A stretch of 64,000 nt of DNA from a virus (taxonomy: Duplodnaviria > Caudoviricetes). The notes under the pieces were generated by a model. That model was given only the letters and a program-made list of their open reading frames with translations, made no database searches and was not told the origin of the DNA. Shown here piece by piece: positions 1 to 8,197 of the stretch (positions within the stretch are counted from its first letter, which is position 1; the number at the start of each line of letters is the position of its first letter). The stretch covers positions 7,140 through 71,139 of the IMG/VR virus record IMGVR_UViG_3300013288_000001, one strand, 5' to 3'. The translations under genes were made by a program, and so were the position numbers.

Positions 1-143
1 TTCAATTTAGGCAATATCATTATGCCAAATTGGTTCCGTCTTTCACGTTGTATCGGCCTTGTTATGTCAGTCCCTTTAAAGAACTTGGTTACATGTAATT
101 GGGCTATCTCGTATTGAACGCTATGTCTGTTACCCATTTTCAT
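1..143 (-). CDS. partial hypothetical protein running off the left edge
   Basis: GGAG RBS then ATG at 143 (MKMGNRHSVQYEIAQLHV...), open to position 1; not in the ORF track. Confidence 0.35.
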   Translation of the reverse strand, partial: MKMGNRHSVQYEIAQLHVTKFFKGTDITRPIQRERRNQFGIMILPKL

Positions 144-148
144 CTCCT

Positions 149-382
149 TTAGAACACATATTCACCATCGTCGATGTCAGGTACAAATGGAGAAATACGA
201 TCAGCCACCGCTAGATACCACGCGGGGGGATCAACATTCTCCTCACAGCGAACTTCTCCGTCCGCTAAGTAGCAAAGCATTCGCGTTTCCGGGTCATAGC
301 TTTCAAGCATCCCATATTCGTTGTAGCCTGAAATCATTGTTCTTTCTCTCACCGCGTCCGCAGCACTGGAATAAGCCGCCAT
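149..382 (-). CDS. hypothetical protein
   Basis: 77-aa ORF in a tightly packed leftward gene string. Confidence 0.5.
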   Translation of the reverse strand: MAAYSSAADAVRERTMISGYNEYGMLESYDPETRMLCYLADGEVRCEENVDPPAWYLAVADRISPFVPDIDDGEYVF

Positions 383-648
383 TCCTCAACCCTGTACCGC
401 CTCACATCGTGAGGCACCGCCGCCAGATTGACATCCTCGACCACGCCCTGCCCGTCTAGGCGCTTGGTGATCCTGTAGATGTACAAGTTGCTGAAGCGGT
501 CAGGGTCGAAGATTTCCCCGATCAGGTTCCCCGGAACGGCAGACTCAAGCGCCGATTCCAACGTGACGTGCCATTCCGGTTGCATCTCGTAGACGCCCTC
601 AGAGAGGAAGTCGTAGATGGCATAGACCGTTCGGGGTTGGTTGTTCAT
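349..648 (-). CDS. hypothetical protein
   Basis: 99-aa ORF, part of the leftward string. Confidence 0.6.
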   Translation of the reverse strand: MNNQPRTVYAIYDFLSEGVYEMQPEWHVTLESALESAVPGNLIGEIFDPDRFSNLYIYRITKRLDGQGVVEDVNLAAVPHDVRRYRVEEWRLIPVLRTR

Positions 649-651
649 TGG

Positions 652-912
652 TTACTGACCTTCCTTTATATGCCACTTATCCCACGCCTGCTGCGCCATC
701 GCTCTTGGCACCAGCACACGGAAGCCGACAGTCTGACCATGACCTGCGATAGCTATCATGTCCGGTGGATCATTAGCGCGTTGGTCGTGTGCAATCTGAA
801 TGCCTTGGTAATACAGCCAATCGTTTAGAATTTCGTCGCTTTGATCGGGGTATTGCTCATGGCGGTAGCGGTCAATTTCTACCGTCCACTTAATGCGATC
901 TCCAGGCTTCAC
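652..912 (-). CDS. hypothetical protein
   Basis: 86-aa ORF with 4-nt overlap to the upstream gene. Confidence 0.6.
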   Translation of the reverse strand: MKPGDRIKWTVEIDRYRHEQYPDQSDEILNDWLYYQGIQIAHDQRANDPPDMIAIAGHGQTVGFRVLVPRAMAQQAWDKWHIKEGQ

Positions 913-1385
913 GACTTGAGTTCCGTTTCGGCAAGTGCGGCGCGGGCAATTTCGCCAGTAAAACCTAGTCCAGATAAGCGACCGACTACGAACGCCATGT
1001 TACTCCCATCGCTATTGTTTTGCTGATCTTGGGAGTAGTTCAACGCCGCGCTCTTGATCGCCTCCAGCGCCGACCGGTACCGCGCATTCGCCGCCCGCAG
1101 GCTGGCGAGTTCGTCGGTTGCGGGTGTGGCGTCGTCGGTAGGGTAAAGCCACTCTAGGTCAATAGGGCAATCGCCAGTTAAACCCCACCACACCTTGCTT
1201 GAAATTTCATCTGGATAAAACGCCTCTAATTCCCAATCGGGATCGTTACTTGCTCTTATTCTGGTGACACGCTCACCAGTTGTGCCCCTAGCTATTACAT
1301 CGCCCGCCGCAACCTTCGCCGCGTAACCGTCAGCGACGAACTCCGCCGCCGTGATGACGGCTGGATTCTTGGTTTCAGTTGTCAT
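909..1385 (-). CDS. hypothetical protein
   Basis: 158-aa ORF, ATGA overlaps; contains ELASLRA coiled-coil segment also found in the next gene. Confidence 0.65.
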   Translation of the reverse strand: MTTETKNPAVITAAEFVADGYAAKVAAGDVIARGTTGERVTRIRASNDPDWELEAFYPDEISSKVWWGLTGDCPIDLEWLYPTDDATPATDELASLRAANARYRSALEAIKSAALNYSQDQQNNSDGSNMAFVVGRLSGLGFTGEIARAALAETELKS

Positions 1386-1765
1386 GATTGTGCCTCCGTT
1401 CCTGCTTCATCGGTAGCAACTTTCCGCAGTATGTTCGCTGCGAGTGCCGCCATTTTCACCTGCCCGTCCAGTGAGCCTTTGTAGTATTCGTCTGTCTGAA
1501 TCTTCTCACGGTGGGCTGCTTCATACTGGTTTGCGATGTCCATGAAACCTGCCAGCGCAGACCGCAGATAGGCCACCTCCGCCCGCAAGCTGGCGAGTTC
1601 CTCCTCATCGGTCATCTCTCTGTTTTGTATTAAGTACTGCCTTATAGCGGTTAGGGTTCCTTTACACTCCTCCTTAAACCGAATGGAAATAAGGCGGGAT
1701 GCTTCGCTAGGCGCTGGTTTGACCCGCACGGTGTCACCTTGCTTGTACTGGTGGCGTTCGCTCAC
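1382..1765 (-). CDS. hypothetical protein (start revised to GTG 1765)
   Basis: GGAGG RBS before GTG at 1765 (MSERHQYKQGD...); this start removes the overlap with the 1792-2211 ORF. Confidence 0.6.
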   Translation of the reverse strand: MSERHQYKQGDTVRVKPAPSEASRLISIRFKEECKGTLTAIRQYLIQNREMTDEEELASLRAEVAYLRSALAGFMDIANQYEAAHREKIQTDEYYKGSLDGQVKMAALAANILRKVATDEAGTEAQS

Positions 1766-1791
1766 TTGCCTGCCTCCTGTATCAAATTTAT

Positions 1792-2211
1792 CTAAGCCAT
1801 CCAACCAGCGGGCAAAGCCAAGTTTGTATAGCCACCGTTCAAATCGCGCTGGTAAACAGAGCGGCAAACACTTCGGCTCACATACTGTTTTAGGCTGAAA
1901 ATTACCGTTGTATTTGACGAATGGGTTTCGATGATTTGATAACCCATGCTGACTATCAAATCGCGTAAACCTTCCAGATCGCCATCTTGCCATTCAGATT
2001 TCATGGCACGATCCAGCGCAAAACAAATCTCAATGCGCCAGCGGTACTTTTGCCAACCAGGAAGAATTTGCACATACTTAAATGGCGATTGAAGTGCCGA
2101 GTTGATACCGTAAGTAGACAGGGATTGATTCCGTGGCACAGCTGCGTGCTGAAACCATGACAAGCCTTGCTTAATCAACTGGGTATCGCGTTCGCTCAAT
2201 CTAATGCTCAC
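1792..2211 (-). CDS. hypothetical protein
   Basis: 139-aa ORF coupled to neighbours. Confidence 0.55.
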   Translation of the reverse strand: MSIRLSERDTQLIKQGLSWFQHAAVPRNQSLSTYGINSALQSPFKYVQILPGWQKYRWRIEICFALDRAMKSEWQDGDLEGLRDLIVSMGYQIIETHSSNTTVIFSLKQYVSRSVCRSVYQRDLNGGYTNLALPAGWMA

Positions 2212-2597
2212 TTGGAAGACTCCTTATCTAGCCACGCCTGACGCATACGAATGGCAAGATCAAGCGGGATGCTCACAGGCCCCTCCTTGGTTTTAACCAG
2301 AATACTTTCAGTGTCATAGATCCAAAAAATCACCCCTTCAGTGTTCGCTGGCGATCCCCATGTACCACGCTTTTGCATGAGATGGTTAAACTCATCCGTA
2401 ACCAAGATTTTATCGTCAACCGCAATCCTCTTTTCAGGAAAGAGGTTAAAATATGCTTCCATATTTGCGGCACGTAGCTGACTCTGTAAGCCATCAAGCT
2501 GCTTGTGTTTAGGGTTTATCACCCGTTTCACATCAGCGTTGATCTCCGCTTGCAAAGCTTTAATCTGGCGCTGTATTTCTTCTAGGCTTGCGCTCAT
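2208..2597 (-). CDS. hypothetical protein with N-terminal coiled coil
   Basis: 129-aa ORF, ATGA overlap. Confidence 0.6.
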   Translation of the reverse strand: MSASLEEIQRQIKALQAEINADVKRVINPKHKQLDGLQSQLRAANMEAYFNLFPEKRIAVDDKILVTDEFNHLMQKRGTWGSPANTEGVIFWIYDTESILVKTKEGPVSIPLDLAIRMRQAWLDKESSK

Positions 2598-2863
2598 TCG
2601 GTCTTACCCAGGTAGGCCATCAGCGCCTTAATCATGGCTTCCAGAGAGGACAGACCCAACTTGCGGTGAATCTGGAAGATCTGTTGCACGCTGATGTCTT
2701 GCGGCATGTAGTCCATCAGTTGCTCATCCGTGAGCTTCCCCAGGTCAATATAGTCGTACTGACCTGTTTTGTAGTTGAAAGAACCGCCGCGTACATCGGG
2801 GGTCTGATCGTGCCAATTGGTCATAACAAACGGGAGATTGTTAAGGTCGTTAGTGTCTGACAT
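2594..2863 (-). CDS. hypothetical protein (start revised to ATG 2863)
   Basis: GGAG RBS before MSDTNDLNN; a longer start would overlap dUTPase. Confidence 0.55.
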   Translation of the reverse strand: MSDTNDLNNLPFVMTNWHDQTPDVRGGSFNYKTGQYDYIDLGKLTDEQLMDYMPQDISVQQIFQIHRKLGLSSLEAMIKALMAYLGKTE

Positions 2864-2867
2864 GCTT

Positions 2868-3410
2868 TTACTCCTTGTTAACCTTATCACTCGAACCAAA
2901 CCCACCTGCCCCGCGCTCAGTCTCATCCAGCGACTCCACTTGCACCAGCGGGTTAATCGCACACGGGACAATGACCAGTTGAGCGCAAGCCTTGTGCTGG
3001 AACACGATGTACTGCACATCCACGCTTCGGTTTAACAAGTTGGTCAGCAGCACCTTGATCGTCCCTCGATACCCACAGTCTACTACCCCGCCGATGACAT
3101 GCAGTCCCGACTTGGCAACCGACGACCGATCTTTCACCAGCCCTACCCACCCCTTCGGAATGACGAGAGCAAGGCCGGTTTCAATCGTGAGCATCTTGCC
3201 GGGTTCCAGGTACACCGGCGCTTTGCTGCGATCGCCAGCTATGCGCCCCGCGTCCGAGTCAATCGTATCGCCATCGTAGCGCACACACCATAGGTCAATG
3301 CCCGCGTCGTAGTGATGAGCGCGTGTCGGCTCCGCTGGTAGCCGACCTGCGATGGCAAGTGCGTGGTACTCTGGCGAGAGCGTGTAGGCAATTGGTGGAA
3401 GGTGGTTCAT
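2868..3410 (-). CDS. dut: trimeric dUTPase
   Basis: Motifs DAGIDL, DRSS, GGVVDCGYRG, AQLV, RGAGGFGSS. Confidence 0.95.
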   Translation of the reverse strand: MNHLPPIAYTLSPEYHALAIAGRLPAEPTRAHHYDAGIDLWCVRYDGDTIDSDAGRIAGDRSKAPVYLEPGKMLTIETGLALVIPKGWVGLVKDRSSVAKSGLHVIGGVVDCGYRGTIKVLLTNLLNRSVDVQYIVFQHKACAQLVIVPCAINPLVQVESLDETERGAGGFGSSDKVNKE

Positions 3411-3976
3411 TCAGCGGTTTCATCCTTGTCATCGTCAGACGGCTTGAACGGCGGGTCAATAACCCCATCTGCCCAACTGCGAGGAACTTGGATTGGAGTT
3501 CCCACAATTGCCTCAGAAATCCACTTTTCACCTTCAAGGCTGACCGAGGCTACACCGGCAGCTTTGTTCGCAGCGCGGGCTTGCTCAATACTGGCATCCA
3601 GATCGGATGTGACTTCGAGCGTGATTTCAGCCTCCGTATCGAACGGCGGCCAATTCAAAAGACGAGCAATGTCCCGCTCGATAGCACCAAGACATGTGGC
3701 ATAGGTCGCTTCCTTCTCAGTGGCGTGTTCAGTCCCCGGCGGCGGTAGGTTCAGCTTCTTGATTGTCTTTGCAATCTTGCCTAGACCTTCTCCGTAATTC
3801 CAAGATGAATCCGCATACACATCACGTACACGCGATAGATCCCTAACGCCCTGCTCAAGTCGCTGGATGTACTCCGCAACTTCTGCCGATACGGTGGATA
3901 GGTCGGGCGCTGCGTATTGCTGGCGAAGTGCTGCTTGCTGATCTGCGTTCATGAGTCGTCCTCGTAAAGTAATCAA
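3407..3976 (-). CDS. hypothetical protein
   Basis: 189-aa ORF coupled to dUTPase. Confidence 0.55.
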   Translation of the reverse strand: MITLRGRLMNADQQAALRQQYAAPDLSTVSAEVAEYIQRLEQGVRDLSRVRDVYADSSWNYGEGLGKIAKTIKKLNLPPPGTEHATEKEATYATCLGAIERDIARLLNWPPFDTEAEITLEVTSDLDASIEQARAANKAAGVASVSLEGEKWISEAIVGTPIQVPRSWADGVIDPPFKPSDDDKDETAE

Positions 3977-3993
3977 AACGTGACTGGAGCCGA

Positions 3994-4098
3994 CTAGCGG
4001 CGCTGCGACTTGCCCGACTTCTTCCCGGTAAATTTCTTGTTGCGTGGGCGACGGTCATTCTTGCCCGACTGAGTACGCCACTCATTATAACTGGACAT
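3994..4098 (-). CDS. small Arg/Lys-rich peptide (34 aa)
   Basis: Translated by hand: MSSYNEWRTQSGKNDRRPRNKKFTGKKSGKSQRR*; AAAGGGGG RBS inside a CGAAA/TTTCG hairpin. Confidence 0.5.
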   Translation of the reverse strand: MSSYNEWRTQSGKNDRRPRNKKFTGKKSGKSQRR

Positions 4099-4099
4099 C

Positions 4100-4312
4100 G
4101 AAACCCCCCTTTCGTATATGTTGATTGATCCTGCCGAGGTTGCCCATGAATGTCACACTTCAGGGGGAGATCGGGGGACTGTCGCCACAGGTTTCATGGG
4201 CAACCTTCACAAGATCAAGTTGTTAAAAGGCAGAGCCGGACGCTTACTACGCCGGGTTCACCCCGCCCTGCCAGCGGGGATGGAAAACTTACGAGCGGAT
4301 TAATCCTCCGCT
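4100..4312 (-). ncRNA. candidate structured RNA or leader
   Basis: Perfect 14-bp inverted repeat 4137-4150/4193-4206 extended by flanking pairs, plus further hairpins at about 4259-4282 and 4294-4312. Confidence 0.4.
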
Positions 4313-4536
4313 AGGTGATGGTTGAACACTCCCCAGACTGAACGGGCAAGCTGTTCGTTGCCACGCTCACGAGCGCGATCAGCAGCGCGGGCAAAATCGC
4401 CAGCGTTAATCTTGCCATCCCGGTAATACCGACGCATCAGGTTTGCCGACAGGTTCCCTCCCTTAAGCCAGTTCGCTCTAGGAACGCAGTTCAAAATGGT
4501 TTCAATCGCTTCCTGCGTGTCCATGTGGTTGCTCAT
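4300..4536 (-). CDS. hypothetical protein
   Basis: 78-aa ORF directly downstream of leftward promoters. Confidence 0.6.
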   Translation of the reverse strand: MSNHMDTQEAIETILNCVPRANWLKGGNLSANLMRRYYRDGKINAGDFARAADRARERGNEQLARSVWGVFNHHLAED

Positions 4537-4551
4537 TGCTGTCTGGCTTTC

Positions 4552-4573
4552 TCTATACTATATCTCATCACTT
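4552..4573 (-). promoter_or_regulatory. AAGTGAT-N8-GTATAnn promoter motif, copy 1
   Basis: Minus strand AAGTGAT GAGATATA GTATAGA. Confidence 0.6.
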
Positions 4574-4579
4574 ATAACT

Positions 4580-4607
4580 ATTGTATCCATAACTGAATAG
4601 TTGTCAA
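4580..4607 (-). promoter_or_regulatory. sigma70-type promoter
   Basis: TTGACA-16-TACAAT on minus strand. Confidence 0.6.
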
Positions 4608-4651
4608 TGCCCCAAAATTGATTAAATACGTAGGAAAACACAAAGAGTTCA

Positions 4652-4679
4652 TTGAGCGATAGAATATTTGTGCTATAGT
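4652..4679 (+). promoter_or_regulatory. lysis cassette promoter
   Basis: TTGAGC-16-TATAGT with extended TGn; shares GAAnATTTGTGCTA with promoters at 54431 and 61831. Confidence 0.6.
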
Positions 4680-4703
4680 CGTTAATTATTGAGGGAGTGC
4701 AAT

Positions 4704-5504
4704 ATGCGAGTTCACTACATCACGACTATTCTACTGATCCTGCTGTTAGCACTGCTGTCAATTTCCCCAGCGGCAGCGGCACAGATCAGTGACGACGTAG
4801 CCTACGGACTTCCTCAGACGTGGGAAAACCTTCTTATCTTCATCGCTGGCTCTATCGCATTAACGGTCTTAGGCGTAGGAGGTAAAGGGTTGTTCTCCAA
4901 GTGGGTCGAGTCCAAGATTGATAGCCATCGCAAGGAAGTTGACACACAAGCTGAGGTCGATCTGACCGACGCTAAACGCGAGCTTGAGCAGGTCAAGACG
5001 CAACTGGAACTCCTCAAAGGTCAGCAGCAACTCAACCAATCGCTCCTCGAACAGAACGCCGAACAAGGAAAGCATCTAGGCAAGGCAGTAGACGCGCTTT
5101 CTACGATTTCAGATACTCTCGGCCAGCTATCCGGGGCGCTCAAGACGCAAGGTGGCACCCTTACCACCATGCAGACCGCTGTGACTTCGCTAGATACCAA
5201 AACCGACACGGTGCATAACCTGGTTGAAGCAGTCGTCAAGGACATTAAGCGACTGCCAGATACTCAGGCACAGCAGCAACTTATCGAAACCATCCTCTCC
5301 GAGATTCGGAACCCAACCGGGAAGCGCAACGAACTCTTTGAGGAAGTCCTGCGGGAACTGAGGATTATCCGTAACCGCCTACCTCCTAGCGGCGATACTG
5401 GCCCGCTCAGTGACCCGCTGGTAGACCCGCCGACTGGCCCGATGCCAGTGCTACCCCGCTCCATTGATGATGTGATTGCATTGGGCGCACCTTCGCTCAA
5501 TTAG
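4704..5504 (+). CDS. membrane protein with signal peptide, TM helix and long coiled coil (lysis cassette)
   Basis: GAGGGA RBS; hydrophobic N-terminus ending AAAAQ; TM LLIFIAGSIALTVLGVGG; heptad-rich C-terminus. Confidence 0.7.
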   Translation: MRVHYITTILLILLLALLSISPAAAAQISDDVAYGLPQTWENLLIFIAGSIALTVLGVGGKGLFSKWVESKIDSHRKEVDTQAEVDLTDAKRELEQVKTQLELLKGQQQLNQSLLEQNAEQGKHLGKAVDALSTISDTLGQLSGALKTQGGTLTTMQTAVTSLDTKTDTVHNLVEAVVKDIKRLPDTQAQQQLIETILSEIRNPTGKRNELFEEVLRELRIIRNRLPPSGDTGPLSDPLVDPPTGPMPVLPRSIDDVIALGAPSLN

Positions 5505-5517
5505 AAAGGAGTCTCCC

Positions 5518-6012
5518 GTGAAACGTTTGTTATTGGCGGCCTTGCTGGTGATCCTGTTTGCTGTGCCGTTCCTGGCGCTGGCGCAGTCACAGGACGCGCC
5601 TGTGGAACCGGTGGCTGTATTCACCCCGCCTACCCCGGAAACGGTGGCTGATGGGCTGATTGCGCTGCTGCTGTCCGTGTTCGCCGGTGCTATCGCCAGC
5701 CCTGTGACCATGCCCATTGTGAGTGTTGTGAAGCGGCTTCCATTCCTGGACGGCTTCAGTGGCGACCAATTAAACCTTGCGGTTGCGATGCTCTTGAGTG
5801 TGCTGACCTGGCTGGCTGGTGTCTTCGGACTGGCTCCGCAGCTGGATACCTTGTTCCAAGTAATCGTGGCATTGTCTCCGGTCTTTGCTGGCCTTTATGT
5901 TAGCTACGCCAGCAATCAAGGTCTTTACCGGTGGGCAAACAGTAAGAACATGCCTATTGTCGGTTTTGCCCGCACACCACAACGCGTCCAGCGGTCTACG
6001 GTCGTCGGTTAG
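5518..6012 (+). CDS. holin-like multi-pass membrane protein with signal peptide
   Basis: AAGGAG RBS, GTG start; signal peptide (ALA-Q) and three hydrophobic segments; immediately upstream of the hydrolase. Confidence 0.6.
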   Translation: MKRLLLAALLVILFAVPFLALAQSQDAPVEPVAVFTPPTPETVADGLIALLLSVFAGAIASPVTMPIVSVVKRLPFLDGFSGDQLNLAVAMLLSVLTWLAGVFGLAPQLDTLFQVIVALSPVFAGLYVSYASNQGLYRWANSKNMPIVGFARTPQRVQRSTVVG

Positions 6013-6027
6013 TCTAACGAGGCATCC

Positions 6028-7623
6028 ATGACTCGAAGCGTCGTCGGGGGCAACATCGAAGTTGCACTGCTCCAGAACAAAGAGCCCGTAAAGCAGCTCT
6101 ACAAGGACATGCAAAGCGCGGCGCATACGTTCGTGGTTCACAACCCTAACGATCTGTCTGTGATCCACGACTGGCGGCGGGAGCTTGCCCCTGACTACGC
6201 GGTAGCGCGGGTCTACCTCAAAGACCGCAACGAAGGCCAGATGCACATGCCGCCGCTGTCCCCTGCGGACGTGGCGGCTAAGAAACGCTGGATTGTCTCG
6301 CCAGAGGACTTCCTCAATGCCTTTGGCGAGTTCGGTCGTAACGGCCTGATCCTGAACGTCCACAACGAACCGGCACCTCCTAACGACGACAATGACCGCT
6401 GGCAGGAAGAGCGTCTGATCGAGTGGACGCTCAAGTACCTCGATCTGATTGCCCCGCTGGCGACCACCCCTAAAAAGACGGCAAGTGTTCTTTTTAACTT
6501 TGGTTTTCACCAGCCCGCGAAAGGGCGCTGGAAGTTTTACCATGAGGCGCTGCGACGGGCGAATGAACTGCCCGACGTGTATATTGGCCTGCACCTCTAC
6601 GTACACCCCACACTGCCTTACGAAGACGGGGACACGCTCAAGGAACTGGATGAGTATTGCCGCGCCAATGGCTTCAACAATATCAAGGTCATCGTCACGG
6701 AATGGGGCTTTGATAAAGGCGGTGGCAGAGGCGATGGCTACAAGTCCCCGCTCTATGGATTCAAGGATAGCCGGGACGCGGTACGGCGGCTGTACACCAG
6801 CTTCCAGACCTACCTGAAGCCCTACGTTGCCAGCGGGCGGGTCGTCGGAGTGTGCTACTTCGGTCATGGTCATGCCGACTTCCCTGGCATGGATTCCTCT
6901 AACGATCCTGACTTCCTCGATCAGATGACCTTCACTGCTAAAAACGGCGGCTTTGCGGCGTTGCTCCCCGTGCCACCGAAGCCTCCTGAAACCAAGCCCG
7001 GAACCGCACCACTGCCCTACCCCTCACCTGTACCCCTTGGAGATTCAATGGGGGTTATCAACAAGGCGGCTCGAACGCTGCGAAACGGCCCGTCTATCTC
7101 TTACCGGGTACTCGAAGAAATCCCAGTCAGCACCGAGGTCAACCTCTACACGCAGCAGGTCGTCACGGATAGTTCTAAACAGGCGTGGGTATGGTGTGAT
7201 TACGTCACGGACAAAGGTCAGCGGGCGGGTTGGGTGTGCATCAGTGGATGGTCATACCGCTACAAGCCTGTAGACAAGCCTAGCGGCACGCCAGTACGTC
7301 GCAGCTTGACCTTTGCAGGCGTTCGGCGGCCTGTACGTCAGGGGCCGGGTGAAAAGTGGGACACCGTTGGCTCACTGGTCAAAGGCACGCCGGTGGATGT
7401 CTGGCTGAAGCCAGTGCAGGGCTGGATGTACGTGGAAAATGGACAGGTCAAGGGCTGGATTGACGTGGATGGGATCAGTTTCAATCTGGTTGCGGACAAC
7501 ACGCCGGATACGATTGTGCTGCCCGCGCCGTCCAAGGGTTGCGTCTACGTGCAGGTGCCAGCCGCGTTGCTGGATACCCTGGCGCAGTGGGTAGGCTCGA
7601 TTGAGCGCTATCCGGCGGGGTAA
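6028..7623 (+). CDS. putative endolysin: clan GH-A glycoside hydrolase plus two SH3b domains
   Basis: HNEP (acid/base) and VTEWG (nucleophile) motifs; Pro-rich linker; two LRxGP...GW SH3_3-like repeats. Confidence 0.75.
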   Translation: MTRSVVGGNIEVALLQNKEPVKQLYKDMQSAAHTFVVHNPNDLSVIHDWRRELAPDYAVARVYLKDRNEGQMHMPPLSPADVAAKKRWIVSPEDFLNAFGEFGRNGLILNVHNEPAPPNDDNDRWQEERLIEWTLKYLDLIAPLATTPKKTASVLFNFGFHQPAKGRWKFYHEALRRANELPDVYIGLHLYVHPTLPYEDGDTLKELDEYCRANGFNNIKVIVTEWGFDKGGGRGDGYKSPLYGFKDSRDAVRRLYTSFQTYLKPYVASGRVVGVCYFGHGHADFPGMDSSNDPDFLDQMTFTAKNGGFAALLPVPPKPPETKPGTAPLPYPSPVPLGDSMGVINKAARTLRNGPSISYRVLEEIPVSTEVNLYTQQVVTDSSKQAWVWCDYVTDKGQRAGWVCISGWSYRYKPVDKPSGTPVRRSLTFAGVRRPVRQGPGEKWDTVGSLVKGTPVDVWLKPVQGWMYVENGQVKGWIDVDGISFNLVADNTPDTIVLPAPSKGCVYVQVPAALLDTLAQWVGSIERYPAG

Positions 7624-7675
7624 AGACAATCAGCAATACATTCAGTAAGCAAATCAATCAAATAGTAAAATATTG

Positions 7676-8041
7676 CTACCACCCCTCATCATGTTCATCT
7701 CCGTCAGGGTAAAATGGGGGCATGTCTCCCCACTTTTCGTCCCAAAAATCATCTTCGTCCATAAATTCTGCTCCGCATAACCAAACAGGTGTACCAGGAA
7801 TAAAAACCTGAGTAATGAGCGGCCTGAATAATTCAATCATTTCAGTCTCTGACATTGGCACATCAACCCAGCAGTGAACACCTTGTGAGTATTCGTCTTT
7901 GACGTAGGCAAACACGCGGTGTGTCCATTTGGGATCACCCCAATCTTGCGGTCGGCGCATTTCTGACCAAAGCGTGCCATCTGGCAAAGGCTTTGATGCA
8001 ACGATTGTCCAAACCTGCGTAATAAGCTTGGTTTCCATCAT
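7676..8041 (-). CDS. hypothetical protein
   Basis: 121-aa ORF with AAGGAG RBS. Confidence 0.6.
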   Translation of the reverse strand: MMETKLITQVWTIVASKPLPDGTLWSEMRRPQDWGDPKWTHRVFAYVKDEYSQGVHCWVDVPMSETEMIELFRPLITQVFIPGTPVWLCGAEFMDEDDFWDEKWGDMPPFYPDGDEHDEGW

Positions 8042-8062
8042 TAACTCCTTTAGAAAAACCGA

Positions 8063-8197
8063 TCAGCGAACAAGCCAGATTCGAGTATGCCGCAACCCGT
8101 CATAGACAGGCCGCAAAAACGAGAGGCCGCCCAGGTAGATCAAGGCGACTAGCAACAGCAGGACAGCGGTCAAGGGAATAGCAACGCAGCGTTTCAT
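8063..8197 (-). CDS. small membrane peptide (44 aa)
   Basis: MKRCVAIPLTAVLLLLVALIYLGGLSFLRPVYDGLRHTRIWLVR*; ATGA overlap with the methyltransferase stop. Confidence 0.5.
   Translation of the reverse strand: MKRCVAIPLTAVLLLLVALIYLGGLSFLRPVYDGLRHTRIWLVR

Noticed and set aside
1093-1603. Shared ~24-nt segment encoding ELASLRA in two adjacent genes
   Set aside because: A short coiled-coil module typical of mosaic phage accessory genes; no evidence of a repeat system.
1382-1993. 203-aa version of the ORF
   Set aside because: Overlaps the 1792-2211 gene by 200 nt; a GGAGG RBS supports GTG 1765.
5770-6873. 367-aa antisense ORF over the lysis genes
   Set aside because: No recognisable motif; composition typical of a shadow ORF in high-GC coding DNA.
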